In this document: positions 39,071-49,198 of the stretch, piece by piece | Position numbering within the stretch: position 1 is the first letter of the stretch | Layout: each line of letters opens with the position of its first letter | Sequence record: PQ464595.1 | Length of the DNA: 64,000 nucleotides | Direction: 5' to 3' (one strand) | Notes under the pieces: model-generated | What the model was told of the DNA's origin: nothing | Database searches by the model: none | What the model saw: only the letters and a program-made list of their open reading frames with translations | Translations under genes and position numbers: made by a program

Positions 39071-39389
39071 TCTCTTTCTTTAAGTCTGGTACTTTCCATT
39101 TGTAGTACAGGTAAGTACTGATGCTGTACATTGTGATATACCACAACCAAAATAACCCAGCGGTTATTACTTGGAAGGCAGTAATGAAGTTACCGGATAA
39201 TAGTCCAAAGAACCATAACACGGCAAGTGTATAGAACGGGATTATCGACGCTAACGGCGATAACCCCACTACAACGGTCATTGTGGAACCCCACAATGAC
39301 TTACGTTGCTGGAATTTGGTGACGTACAGATCGAACAGGAACAAACTGTTAATCAATGTAGTACCAACCACAAATCCAAAGATGGTCAT
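39063..39389 (-). CDS. membrane protein
   Basis: Hydrophobic ORF coupled to neighbours. Confidence 0.65.
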   Translation of the reverse strand: MTIFGFVVGTTLINSLFLFDLYVTKFQQRKSLWGSTMTVVVGLSPLASIIPFYTLAVLWFFGLLSGNFITAFQVITAGLFWLWYITMYSISTYLYYKWKVPDLKKENE

Positions 39390-40219
39390 TAATTACCGCC
39401 TAAGATGGCATGTGACCACCACCAATTCAGATGTTCCATGATTTCATGATTTTCATATGACTCAGGATTAGCACGAATGTAGTTCACGGCTTCATCCCAA
39501 GTAATGGAATCTTTCTGACCATTAGTTACCGTTGCGATCCATTTCTTCGCAATCCGCGTTCCGTGCTCACAAGCGTCACGACGACGCAGGAACGATGGAG
39601 AGAGATCACAGATTGGAGAATAACCTGCTGATTTCAGCATATGGTTATGTACAAGTACTGGATACTCGTCGTGCTCATAAGCATCTTCCAGTACTTCGTA
39701 GATGTAGTTAAGCAACGATGGATACATAACACCATCAAACGCAAATGGTGCGTTGAATTCATCCAGAGTAGTTTTCGGGTTTGCGAGGAACCAATAACCA
39801 TCTGTTTGATACTGGAATTGATCACCATGTTGATGAATGAACGCAGTTACTGATTCACCATCAATTTCACCAGTTTCAATCTTATAGGCAAATTCAAATG
39901 CTGAGAACCATTCGGAATGATTCGTCATCATAGCACTTTTGGTTTCTAAATTTGCTGAACGCCACAACTGTTGAGCAACATAAGTTTCATTGAACGCAGC
40001 AACCACATTCCAGAATGCCAATGGCTTAGAAGTGTAATCATGGAGGTGTCCATTAACAAACTGGCGACCTTCGATAGTCAGTTTGCTGTACGTTTCAGCA
40101 TCGAGATATTGCATCTGCTCGTCGAATGGAAAAGAAGCCCAATCAATGTTCTGGACTTCTTTGCGTTTCAGTTCATTGAAATTCGAATCAGTTTTAACGA
40201 GTAACTTAATCTTAGCCAT
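39389..40219 (-). CDS. protein with C-terminal C..G...W.E domain
   Basis: FLRRRDACEHG...ITWDEA; GAGG RBS before MAKIKL. Confidence 0.75.
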   Translation of the reverse strand: MAKIKLLVKTDSNFNELKRKEVQNIDWASFPFDEQMQYLDAETYSKLTIEGRQFVNGHLHDYTSKPLAFWNVVAAFNETYVAQQLWRSANLETKSAMMTNHSEWFSAFEFAYKIETGEIDGESVTAFIHQHGDQFQYQTDGYWFLANPKTTLDEFNAPFAFDGVMYPSLLNYIYEVLEDAYEHDEYPVLVHNHMLKSAGYSPICDLSPSFLRRRDACEHGTRIAKKWIATVTNGQKDSITWDEAVNYIRANPESYENHEIMEHLNWWWSHAILGGN

Positions 40220-40223
40220 TACT

Positions 40224-40754
40224 TTAATCCTCAATCTTAATAAGTGAAGTACCGAATAACGGATGTTTGTATTCTTGATACTTAACACCATTCATTTCAA
40301 CGATACGTGTAGGAACTGATTTATTCTGGCTCGGAAGTACTGTAATGTTTGAATCAGTACTCGGAGTACTTTTAGATCCGAAACCTTTGTTAAGGCGAAG
40401 GAATGATCCGCTACGTTTAACGGAAGCACCACGCTTAACAAAAACCTCTGTACTCTTTGGCTTCTCACGTAAGTATGAGAAGTTTTTAACTTTAGGTAAT
40501 GGTTCATCTGACCAGTACCAGTCAATATATTCCTGGAGTCCAGCAAACAAATCAGCACGAGTCTGATTACAATCGTAGCACATGGACACGAGGTTGTCAA
40601 GGGAATTTGAACCACCGAGTGAGCGAAGTTTATCATGGTCTAGCGTGTGACGAACTAGAGTACCATCTAAGCGTTGGAAGTACTTAGGCGATACCTGCGG
40701 GATACCACAGCAAGCACAGCATGTATTACGATATATAATGGCTTCATTAATCAT
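40224..40754 (-). CDS. HNH endonuclease domain protein
   Basis: CACCG...LDHD..RSLGG.N..DNLV.MCYDCN. Confidence 0.8.
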   Translation of the reverse strand: MINEAIIYRNTCCACCGIPQVSPKYFQRLDGTLVRHTLDHDKLRSLGGSNSLDNLVSMCYDCNQTRADLFAGLQEYIDWYWSDEPLPKVKNFSYLREKPKSTEVFVKRGASVKRSGSFLRLNKGFGSKSTPSTDSNITVLPSQNKSVPTRIVEMNGVKYQEYKHPLFGTSLIKIED

Positions 40755-40827
40755 TTTGGACTCCTTTCACGTTGAATAGGAGTCCATTTTATATACAGAG
40801 TTGACACGTGTCAACCCTTTTTACGCC

Positions 40828-41622
40828 TTACTGGTCGAATAAGTCCAATTCATCAGCGACGGATTCAGCCAGCCAAACCAGGTCACACTTAGCAGAATCA
40901 ACCGCATCAGTACTGGACATGATATGACGAGCAATAAATTCATTCCATGAGTACTGAACATCTGAACGGCCCGCCCACTTCATGGTACGACGCCAACCTT
41001 CAGCACAAGGTTCATGAGAACGAAGTTCTTCAGAACTCATTGGTGGACGAACCTTACCAAACAGTTTACGACTATCGTTGTCTGAAAGAATCAGAGAACC
41101 AAAAGTAATAAACAGATGGTACTGGAAGTCTGTTACTTCTTCGTCTTGTGTACCTGGCAATTCATCCCATGACTTGACAATGAACTTAGCCCAATCAGGA
41201 TTACGAGCTTCGCCAATAGCATTAGCAAGTTCTTCGGGGTCGAAGTAATCACCAGTAGTCATGATAGTTTTGAATTGTGCCAGAGACAGATTCTGATTAG
41301 AGATAAGACCAGTTTTCTCATAGTCAATATCAGTACTAGCAATGAGTTTCTTGATCATTGAAGGCTTGAGCTTAGAATGAAAAATGAAATCATCGTAGTC
41401 TAGACCAGAAGATACAAGTACTTCTACAACTGCGTCAGGTAGTTCTTCCTGTACTTGTTCAAGTACATCCTGATAGATCAGATGGCGGTACTGACGAGGG
41501 TTCATGTTCTCGAAAAGTTGTGTGAATTCCTCTAATGAGATTGGTGATTCGAAACGGTAATCTTCGATATTCTGAGCGACTTCTACAATATCGAATTGAC
41601 CAGTGATTTGAATATGTGCCAT
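40828..41622 (-). CDS. helical-repeat protein with C-terminal C..G...W.E domain
   Basis: ELRSHEPCAEG...YSWNEF. Confidence 0.75.
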   Translation of the reverse strand: MAHIQITGQFDIVEVAQNIEDYRFESPISLEEFTQLFENMNPRQYRHLIYQDVLEQVQEELPDAVVEVLVSSGLDYDDFIFHSKLKPSMIKKLIASTDIDYEKTGLISNQNLSLAQFKTIMTTGDYFDPEELANAIGEARNPDWAKFIVKSWDELPGTQDEEVTDFQYHLFITFGSLILSDNDSRKLFGKVRPPMSSEELRSHEPCAEGWRRTMKWAGRSDVQYSWNEFIARHIMSSTDAVDSAKCDLVWLAESVADELDLFDQ

Positions 41623-41638
41623 TATATACTACTTTCCT

Positions 41639-42163
41639 TTATGCGATGATTTTCAGTACTTCTTCACGAACATCAGTTTTTTCTGATACGCGGAGTAAAC
41701 TACGCATATCCAGTTGTGCGTGATACTTCTGAACAAATGCTACGTCAATGCTTTTAACACGTTCAACGTGATACAGCGAGATCAATTCCTGTTCAGCTAA
41801 GGTATTCAATTGTTCGATACTTACGTCCAGAGATGGAATCTCGATGAACAGTTTCTTCTCGATAGTTTTGTTGGTGAGTTCTTCGATCAGTTGCGGTACT
41901 GAAATACCAGCTTTATTAGAAAACTGTTCGAGGAAAGTTGGACTACGGAAAGCTGCGATTAGCAGACCACGTAGAGTTTCATCATTAGCGTTCTGAAACA
42001 ATTCAGTATACGCTTCAACGGTGAAACCATGTTCTACTGAATTCTCAATAATATCAGCGAACCATGAACAGGTAATATTTTCAAAACCAAAGTTACGTCC
42101 AGCGGCTACAATCTCATTGATAGAGTTGATGCCAACTGTTTTAATTGCGGTGATTGTTGCCAT
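41639..42163 (-). CDS. helical-repeat protein
   Basis: xFVxKYxxxLD-type repeat. Confidence 0.7.
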   Translation of the reverse strand: MATITAIKTVGINSINEIVAAGRNFGFENITCSWFADIIENSVEHGFTVEAYTELFQNANDETLRGLLIAAFRSPTFLEQFSNKAGISVPQLIEELTNKTIEKKLFIEIPSLDVSIEQLNTLAEQELISLYHVERVKSIDVAFVQKYHAQLDMRSLLRVSEKTDVREEVLKIIA

Positions 42164-42218
42164 GTTGCTTCCTTTGTTTACTCAATTAAAAAGCCCAACT
42201 ATGTTGGGCTGTATATAC

Positions 42219-43454
42219 TTAGTCTTCGTCGGGTTCATCAGTTCCCGATTCATCCGGTTCAGATGAAGCTGGTGTATCAGTACTGCTACCCGCTTCCATG
42301 AATCCACTGAATGTAGGCATCCGCAGAATTGGATTGAAGAACGTAGGCTCCCTCATGTATGGAGCCATCGGTTGTACCCGAAGTGTGGCGACATTTACAG
42401 CTTCCGTTTCAGCCATCACCTGATTGATAGCTGCGAATGCTGCTGCTGGATTAGCATGTGGAGCTTCACCAGTATTATCAGAAGTACTAACTACTGGTTC
42501 AGGTTGTGCTGGTGGAGGATCAATAACGTCAGCGAACTCAACGTTATAATCTTCGTTACCAGTACTTTCATCAGTACCAGTAATGTGACGGTACGCATCA
42601 CGTTCTACACGTTTAGGGTTGAAACTTAAACGTGCTGGGTACTGAGCTACTTCCTCTGGTGTATTCTCCAGGCAGCGACCCATGATCCAATCAACATATC
42701 CGTTCTGGTTCAAACGTGGATGTGATTTCATCAGCGTCAGCATTTCGTTCCACGTTGGATAGTCATTTACACGACCAGTGACGCGACGGAACTTACGAAG
42801 CCAGATAGTGAATGAACGTTGACCATCATCACACGGCTGGCCTGACATGATACGTTGTTCAGTAATCACTGTATCGTAATAGTCCGGTACTGGCTGGTCC
42901 AGGTCTTCCAGTGCTTCACGGTTCAGATAACGCATACTACGTGATTGCATAATGAAGCGACGGAACATACCATCTTTATACATCAGGAACTCACGAAGTA
43001 CATCTGAATCACGAGCCTGAAGGAAACGATCAAAGAAGCGGTTATAGCTAATCTGATGTTCGAACTTCTCCAGGAATTCAGGAGTAATACTCAACTGCTG
43101 GTGAGCATGATCCAGATACAAATGACGTGCGTTGTTAGTCAGGAATTCCAGACTATACTGCTTGCCATTACTCCAAATATCACTATCCAGATGGAAGCTT
43201 GAACGTGGTGATGCCTGTTTACGAGAACTGATAACGAACTCAAGGGCAGGTTCTTCCATTACGTTGAGGATAGAACCCCAATCAATCCATTCGGCAATTG
43301 TGCGACGAGCCGCATAGTTGACACGAGCGAGGAAGTTCAGATCATTGAAGTCCTCCACGAATTCACTTGGCTCAATATGATGCCAAGCTACACGGCGAAG
43401 TTCAGCGATTGTTAAATCACGTAAACTTGTCTTTTCAGACGTTACTGTTAACAT
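42219..43454 (-). CDS. helical-repeat protein with C..G...W.E domain and acidic tail
   Basis: YSLEFL, ITPEFLEKF, IMSGQPCDDG...PTWNEM. Confidence 0.75.
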   Translation of the reverse strand: MLTVTSEKTSLRDLTIAELRRVAWHHIEPSEFVEDFNDLNFLARVNYAARRTIAEWIDWGSILNVMEEPALEFVISSRKQASPRSSFHLDSDIWSNGKQYSLEFLTNNARHLYLDHAHQQLSITPEFLEKFEHQISYNRFFDRFLQARDSDVLREFLMYKDGMFRRFIMQSRSMRYLNREALEDLDQPVPDYYDTVITEQRIMSGQPCDDGQRSFTIWLRKFRRVTGRVNDYPTWNEMLTLMKSHPRLNQNGYVDWIMGRCLENTPEEVAQYPARLSFNPKRVERDAYRHITGTDESTGNEDYNVEFADVIDPPPAQPEPVVSTSDNTGEAPHANPAAAFAAINQVMAETEAVNVATLRVQPMAPYMREPTFFNPILRMPTFSGFMEAGSSTDTPASSEPDESGTDEPDED

Positions 43455-43478
43455 GTTTATTTGTCCTGTTAGTTGTTA

Positions 43479-44282
43479 TTAGTCGTCGAAACCGAGCATA
43501 TCGAAGAACGGTCCACGGAAGTATGAGTTAAACCAAGTATCTGCTAAACCATCAGCACCTGATTCTTTACATTCATCAGTGTATTCTTCCCAATTGGTGT
43601 ACTTCTCTTTACGAGAGTTATTACGCCAGTACTGAGTTACTACGTCTTCACGGTAATGAGCACGTTCCTGATCTTTATAATCATTGATCAGTTTTTCAAT
43701 ATCAATCGGGCAATCGAACCACTGGTTCAGGAACTGATGAATGTTCTGAAGAACTTCAGGAGTATAACCACAGTTCTGAACGGCCTGAAGAATAGTCGCT
43801 TTACTTGAACGCCATGAAATATGACGACGCAGGTAACGATTACAGAGTTCAGGAGTAACCAGGAAGTCCAGTGTATCGCCGAAACGATCACGGTACTGAA
43901 GCAGTGAACCAACATGTAAACGCTCATGGAACTGACGAGCGAATTCAGGCGTAATGTTACGCTGACCTTCGATGTTCAGACGTGCTAGTTTTTCACCATG
44001 TTCCATAAGGAATTCAGAACTGTACTCATGAAGCTGGCCTATGTCATCCCAAAGTTCTTCACTATTGCGAACGATAGTTTCACATTCTTCTTTAGTCAGA
44101 CGTTCATAGCGATGGATGTAGTACTGAACATGCGTTGTAGTTGGGATCTGAAGCAAAAGATTACGATGACCAGCACGAATCAGTTCGTACACTTCATCAC
44201 AATCTAATTGATTGATATTGAACTGGCTAATGTTCTCTGCTGTAACATTAGTCAGATCTGCTTTCAAATAGATAGTACCCAT
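43479..44282 (-). CDS. helical-repeat protein
   Basis: YSSEFL, ITPEFARQF repeats. Confidence 0.72.
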   Translation of the reverse strand: MGTIYLKADLTNVTAENISQFNINQLDCDEVYELIRAGHRNLLLQIPTTTHVQYYIHRYERLTKEECETIVRNSEELWDDIGQLHEYSSEFLMEHGEKLARLNIEGQRNITPEFARQFHERLHVGSLLQYRDRFGDTLDFLVTPELCNRYLRRHISWRSSKATILQAVQNCGYTPEVLQNIHQFLNQWFDCPIDIEKLINDYKDQERAHYREDVVTQYWRNNSRKEKYTNWEEYTDECKESGADGLADTWFNSYFRGPFFDMLGFDD

Positions 44283-44389
44283 TATTGTTGTACCTCTTTC
44301 CTATTAATGAACCAGTTAAATTTCGTTGATGGGATCGTACTTTACTCGCCTCGCTCTTGCGAGTCAAGGATTTTCTTTCGCTTCGCAGC

Positions 44390-44920
44390 AAGAAAATCTA
44401 AATTAAAATCTAATTTACCTCATTTACATCTGACGAGATTTGTTGAGGCATTTTCATCCCCCCGCTGGGGGCTTGAAACCTGACGATGATAGTCGTCGGC
44501 ATTATTGTATTGAGAATTACTTTTGGAGAAGTGCAGAAGCGGGTTGTTCGGTATTCTTCTTATCTCAGTTCTAACAACGGTCGAGGTCTTAGCTCGCATA
44601 ATACTAAATCTATACAATCAAATCTAGTACTTGAAAACAGCAAAATTTGGACGTGACTATATTGTACAAATTCCGGTGCTTTCTCCCTTATCGGTTATTG
44701 GTAAGGTAGCATCCTTATATGTCTATCGAGGAAGTACGTGACGATTGTAGTACTTCTTTATAGAGCCGCATTGCCGTGGACGGTACAAACTATGCCGATT
44801 CCTAACGGGTTTCTTTTGCTCTTTGAACTGCCTGAACTTCTCAACTATCCAATTACATTGTCATCGGAAATAGGGTTACAATATTAGGGACAAATTGCCC
44901 CTATCAAACAGAATTGTATT
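44390..44920 (-). ncRNA. candidate ~530-nt structured RNA
   Basis: Extended -10 TGCTATAAT, many hairpins, no RBS-supported ORF. Confidence 0.45.
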
Positions 44921-44972
44921 GGTACATTATAGCACAGAAAATCGTGCCGTTTCATGTTTCTGTTAAATTTTT

Positions 44973-45134
44973 TCAGTCACCAGTGACCTCAAATTTAATA
45001 ACATTATAAGTTTGTTCAGAAATTTCTTGCCAAAGATGACCATCATAATTTTCAACTGACCAGAAGAATTTACCATCTTCTTCTTTAATATGAAGACCAC
45101 CATATGCATTTCCAACTTCACAATCAGTAATCAT
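44973..45134 (-). CDS. small hypothetical protein (53 aa, not in track)
   Basis: GAGGT RBS; MITDCEVGNAYGGLHIKE. Confidence 0.65.
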   Translation of the reverse strand: MITDCEVGNAYGGLHIKEEDGKFFWSVENYDGHLWQEISEQTYNVIKFEVTGD

Positions 45135-45138
45135 AATT

Positions 45139-45399
45139 TTACCTCAATTGAGAATCTTTAGACCCACGACGATTGTACGTTTCTTTGAAAGTACTTTCAT
45201 GTGTACTCTGACACTTAACACAGTACTTAACACCTTTCAATGCTAAGCGACGTTTTTCTGGAATCTCATTCCCACAATCCAGACAATACATTTCTGATTC
45301 ACCTTGCGGTAATTGGGAACGAGCAAAGTCGATCCCATTATCTAATGTAGCCTGGATTGTTTCCTGAAAGTTATCTACTGAACCGAAACCACTTGCCAT
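45139..45399 (-). CDS. TraR/DksA C4-type zinc finger protein (YbiI-like)
   Basis: MASGF...CLDCGNEIPEKRRLAL.GVKYCVKCQ. Confidence 0.92.
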   Translation of the reverse strand: MASGFGSVDNFQETIQATLDNGIDFARSQLPQGESEMYCLDCGNEIPEKRRLALKGVKYCVKCQSTHESTFKETYNRRGSKDSQLR

Positions 45400-45410
45400 G
45401 ATTTTCCACT

Positions 45411-45761
45411 TTAATAATAGTTATCATTATCGTATAGTTCAATCATACCAGGTTCATAAATGAACCCCATTTTCTCTAAGATATTGATTAATTTTTCAAT
45501 ATCAAAAAGTGAAGTACAATCTGAACCATTGGGATGAATAGCACATATTACACTATTACAATCTACAATGGTATAACCAAAATCATTTTCACCTTCAGTA
45601 AAACCGACTGATTGATATGTTACACAATCAATAAGTTCGTTATTTTTTTCCCAATGATATTTTGGGACAAAGGCTAAACTGTTAAATTCAAATTCACCAT
45701 CTCCTTTGAGAACATCGAACAGAATTTGCGTTTCATTTATATCTAAATCTAAGAGTGTCAT
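45411..45761 (-). CDS. hypothetical protein
   Basis: ORF on the coding strand. Confidence 0.65.
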   Translation of the reverse strand: MTLLDLDINETQILFDVLKGDGEFEFNSLAFVPKYHWEKNNELIDCVTYQSVGFTEGENDFGYTIVDCNSVICAIHPNGSDCTSLFDIEKLINILEKMGFIYEPGMIELYDNDNYY

Positions 45762-45770
45762 AGAATCCCC

Positions 45771-46019
45771 TTAAAAGCCTTCCAGATTCAGTTCAATTTT
45801 TTCAATACCTGCCTGAACCAAGTACAAAGGATCTTTAACTTCGTTCCAAAACTTAACTGCTTTAGACAGAAAGGCTTTACCCTGAACTTCAGTACCATCA
45901 GGCAAAGTCAACGTGTAGTTGATGTTTTGCATCTTTGGTGGTGCTGATGGGCGAACCATTTTACCAACAACTTGATTGGTATCATTGTCAACAACAGCGT
46001 ACATATGGATGATAGTCAT
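45771..46019 (-). CDS. hypothetical protein
   Basis: GAGG RBS. Confidence 0.65.
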   Translation of the reverse strand: MTIIHMYAVVDNDTNQVVGKMVRPSAPPKMQNINYTLTLPDGTEVQGKAFLSKAVKFWNEVKDPLYLVQAGIEKIELNLEGF

Positions 46020-46086
46020 TTCTGAATCCTCTCAATTAAAAGCGTGAGTGAATAATATCACTCCGCATCAGCCCCGTCAAGGACTT

Positions 46087-46338
46087 TCAATCGCCATTCA
46101 TGAATTGAATAGCCATTGTATCACCTACTATACCGCCACCAAACGCACTACACATCGCTATTGAGCAATCATCGTCCATATCAGCTTTGGCTTGTTCTAA
46201 ACGCTTCTGCTCAGCCTGGATGCGGCTATATGGCGTTACTTTGGGTTGTTCTGGTTTAGGTTCATGAATAGAAAATAACAGAACTTCTCCAGCAATAAAC
46301 ACCAGTACTACCAATAATGCTACACAGAATTGTTTCAT
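46087..46338 (-). CDS. membrane-anchored protein
   Basis: N-terminal TM. Confidence 0.6.
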   Translation of the reverse strand: MKQFCVALLVVLVFIAGEVLLFSIHEPKPEQPKVTPYSRIQAEQKRLEQAKADMDDDCSIAMCSAFGGGIVGDTMAIQFMNGD

Positions 46339-46347
46339 AGTACTTCC

Positions 46348-46722
46348 TTAGATTAGTACTGAATCGTCGAACATACAAACGCCGTTCTCAAATACTTTCT
46401 TACCATCACTAATCATATAGCGAGATGTATTTGATACTGTATCAATCAACAGGAGAATACTATTCTTCGTATATTGTGATTTGTAGGTAACAGCAATAGC
46501 AGTACCACTAACTTGTTCACCTTCGTGGTAGTACTTTTCAGCACCGAATACAAATGAACCACTGTTCGTGTCAGCTTGTACATGTGTGATAGTTGGTGTA
46601 GTACCTTCTTTAATACAGTTCAGGTTATATACACCTGGAGATGGACTAACAGAAGCAGTACTGAAGAATGAAGCACCCAGCAGGGCAATACCTAAGAGGA
46701 ATTTTCTCATAATAGTTTCCAA
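46348..46722 (-). CDS. putative exported protein
   Basis: Signal-peptide-like MRKFLLGIALLGASFFSTA. Confidence 0.65.
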   Translation of the reverse strand: METIMRKFLLGIALLGASFFSTASVSPSPGVYNLNCIKEGTTPTITHVQADTNSGSFVFGAEKYYHEGEQVSGTAIAVTYKSQYTKNSILLLIDTVSNTSRYMISDGKKVFENGVCMFDDSVLI

Positions 46723-46751
46723 AAGAAAGTGGGGCTATTGCCCCACAATGA

Positions 46752-47459
46752 TTAACATGAACAGGTAAAGAAGGAACCGCGATCACTGTCGTCAGTGGTA
46801 CGTCCACGGACAATATCATAGTGATTCCAGAACTCGTCTGATACGTATTCACCTTCCAGCAGTCCACCGTAGCACAGGTAGTCATGATAACCTTGTACCC
46901 AGCGATCTGCGTAATCCATCAGTACATCACAATCAATGCCGAGATTGTCAGCATAGTTATTGATCCACTGAATGGCTGATTGTTCAGTACTAGCACGTTT
47001 TTGTGCTTCAAGCAGTTCAGTATTAACTGGTTCTGCTACAGTACTGACAGTGTTGTTCTGAGCCAGGCGTTTCTGAATTTCCAGCATCAGTTCTTCACTA
47101 CTCATGTCAGCAATTGATTTCTCTTTTACTGAACTTGGGAAATCAGGATGTTCCCACACATGAGCCAGCGAGGTAATCTGACGTGGATACACCACTAACC
47201 AGAACTTTTCACCTTTCTGTACTTTCTCGGTCAGGAATGGGTCAACAATACCCACAGCTTTGATGTACTGATTGAAGTCTGAACCATACGCTTTACCGTC
47301 TTCGCCGATCCCGATGTTTGAACCAACAGTAAGGTCTTCACCAGCTTCCACAGGTTCAACACCTAAGTGGATTGCGTCGCGACGTTCTTCGCGAGTGTGA
47401 ATAGTGCCGAGAGTTTCAAGAGCATCAGTAGCTACTGAACGTTTATCTTTGTGTGCCAT
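46752..47459 (-). CDS. hypothetical phage protein
   Basis: 235-aa ORF, GGAG RBS. Confidence 0.8.
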   Translation of the reverse strand: MAHKDKRSVATDALETLGTIHTREERRDAIHLGVEPVEAGEDLTVGSNIGIGEDGKAYGSDFNQYIKAVGIVDPFLTEKVQKGEKFWLVVYPRQITSLAHVWEHPDFPSSVKEKSIADMSSEELMLEIQKRLAQNNTVSTVAEPVNTELLEAQKRASTEQSAIQWINNYADNLGIDCDVLMDYADRWVQGYHDYLCYGGLLEGEYVSDEFWNHYDIVRGRTTDDSDRGSFFTCSC

Positions 47460-47462
47460 GTA

Positions 47463-47960
47463 TTACTCCGGGATCAGCTTGTTCAGATGCTTAGTAAGCA
47501 CTGGACTGTTCGGGTTAGTTTTCATGTAGTACGCAATCATTGCTAAGCGTAAACGTTTCTGATATTCTTCAGAAAGGTTACTGTTACTGTTAGACAGATA
47601 AGAGCTTACTTTATTACGCATTGCTTTATCTGTTTCCAGTACTTCAACAATTTGTGGTACTGATTTGAAACGTAGTGACGTTGGATTATTTTCAACCCAT
47701 TGCTCACGCCTTGCCTGGATGTTCGCATTAACACGTGCTGCTGTTTCTGCTTTGCGAACTTTCCAACGTTCAAGACGAAGGATGCGGAACAAGTCATATG
47801 ACAGTTTCGCGTGTTCGCGTGTTTTGTCATTCATGTTTTGGTTGTTACTGTACAGCTTTACTTTGTTTTCCAGTTGAGGATCAACAAGCATTTTATTAGC
47901 AAGTTCTTCAATTGTAAAATTGTTGATACTTGATACTAAACCGCGACGACCACCAGCCAT
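47463..47960 (-). CDS. hypothetical protein
   Basis: 165-aa ORF. Confidence 0.75.
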   Translation of the reverse strand: MAGGRRGLVSSINNFTIEELANKMLVDPQLENKVKLYSNNQNMNDKTREHAKLSYDLFRILRLERWKVRKAETAARVNANIQARREQWVENNPTSLRFKSVPQIVEVLETDKAMRNKVSSYLSNSNSNLSEEYQKRLRLAMIAYYMKTNPNSPVLTKHLNKLIPE

Positions 47961-47971
47961 AATATATACCT

Positions 47972-48967
47972 TTAATCAAAGTTGATATTGTTACGTTCAA
48001 CGATGCGACGTACTTTATCCATCATATCATTGTAACGACGAGAGAGAGTTGCTTTAGAAGTTACGAACTTACCTTTACCATCAATATAACCGGATGAAAT
48101 GATTTCATCAAAGGTATGCATCTTATAACCATCTAAGCCATGACATAAACCAAGTAACACACGTTCATGTTCTTCCAGTTCATCCATGATTTCATCCATC
48201 ACGGTAAGGAAGTCTTTGTTCATAACACGTTCATCAACTACATAATCAGCACTATCAGAAGTAATCACATCTTTCAGTGTTTGTTCTGAACCTTCTTCGC
48301 CACGATTCATCGGAGTGTCGATGCTGAATGTGTTTGCGTTGTAGTTCATTATACGCTTCACAGCCCGAATGTCAATCCCTGAGCCAGCAGAAATTTGCTC
48401 ATTCGTTGGATAGCCAGTGTTTTCTGTCATGTAACGTTCAATGAATGCCTGGATACGGATGTTATCACGCGACAAGTGTTCTGGTAGGGCAACCATACGT
48501 ACTTCGTTGTTTCCATTGCGGTACATATGCTGACGAATAGTAGTAGTTGCGTAAGTACTGAAACGTGTAGTGAATTGACCGTTAAATCCGTAGATCGCTT
48601 TCATCAATCCTTCGAAACCATATTGCACTTTATCCTGGAAAGGAATGTTACAGGTACAGTTCTTCGCTTCGTTGTAAACTAGACCGCTATTGAACAGAAT
48701 GATCTTGTTCTTCGCTTCTTCTACATTTACACCTTCTTGAACCATTTTTACTAGTTCTTCGTTGCTGATATATTGTTCCGCTTTAACCGCCGCTTTGAGT
48801 TTATCCAGAGTTAGACCACCTTCAGGAACTGAATCATCTGAACCTTCTTCTTCATCGTCATCCGACAATTCCAAAAGATCATTGTTTTCATCTTCGAAGC
48901 ACTCATTCAGTACTTCATCTTGGATTTCTTCTAAGTTTAGTTTTTTCGGACCCACAGCAATCTCCAT
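47972..48967 (-). CDS. sigma70-family RNA polymerase sigma factor
   Basis: Region 2 (N.GLV...AK, D..Q.G..GLMKAI..F...RFSTYA...IRQ), region 3 (PT.EQI, SIDTP), region 4 (L.E.ER..L.L..G). Confidence 0.88.
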   Translation of the reverse strand: MEIAVGPKKLNLEEIQDEVLNECFEDENNDLLELSDDDEEEGSDDSVPEGGLTLDKLKAAVKAEQYISNEELVKMVQEGVNVEEAKNKIILFNSGLVYNEAKNCTCNIPFQDKVQYGFEGLMKAIYGFNGQFTTRFSTYATTTIRQHMYRNGNNEVRMVALPEHLSRDNIRIQAFIERYMTENTGYPTNEQISAGSGIDIRAVKRIMNYNANTFSIDTPMNRGEEGSEQTLKDVITSDSADYVVDERVMNKDFLTVMDEIMDELEEHERVLLGLCHGLDGYKMHTFDEIISSGYIDGKGKFVTSKATLSRRYNDMMDKVRRIVERNNINFD

Positions 48968-49044
48968 GTATATATTTTGTACGACAATTTATTTCCAATA
49001 AAAAAGGCCATCATATGATGGCCTTTCATCTTTCTTAATAGTTA

Positions 49045-49194
49045 TTATGCTTCGCGAGTAGTACGAATGATAATATCATTCCCCTTCTCACGCTTCGCAG
49101 CGGTACGTGCTTCTTCCGGTGAACGAGCACCCTGACGAGTACTGAGCGGAACAGAACTACCTTTCTGGAAGTACTCAACGATGTATTCTTTCAT
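49045..49194 (-). CDS. small hypothetical protein
   Basis: AGGGG RBS before MKEYIVEY. Confidence 0.55.
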   Translation of the reverse strand: MKEYIVEYFQKGSSVPLSTRQGARSPEEARTAAKREKGNDIIIRTTREA

Positions 49195-49198
49195 AGTA

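Noticed and set aside
33104-40754. HNH genes as intron-encoded homing elements
   Set aside because: Both are free-standing ORFs in operons with no flanking split gene; ordinary phage HNH proteins.
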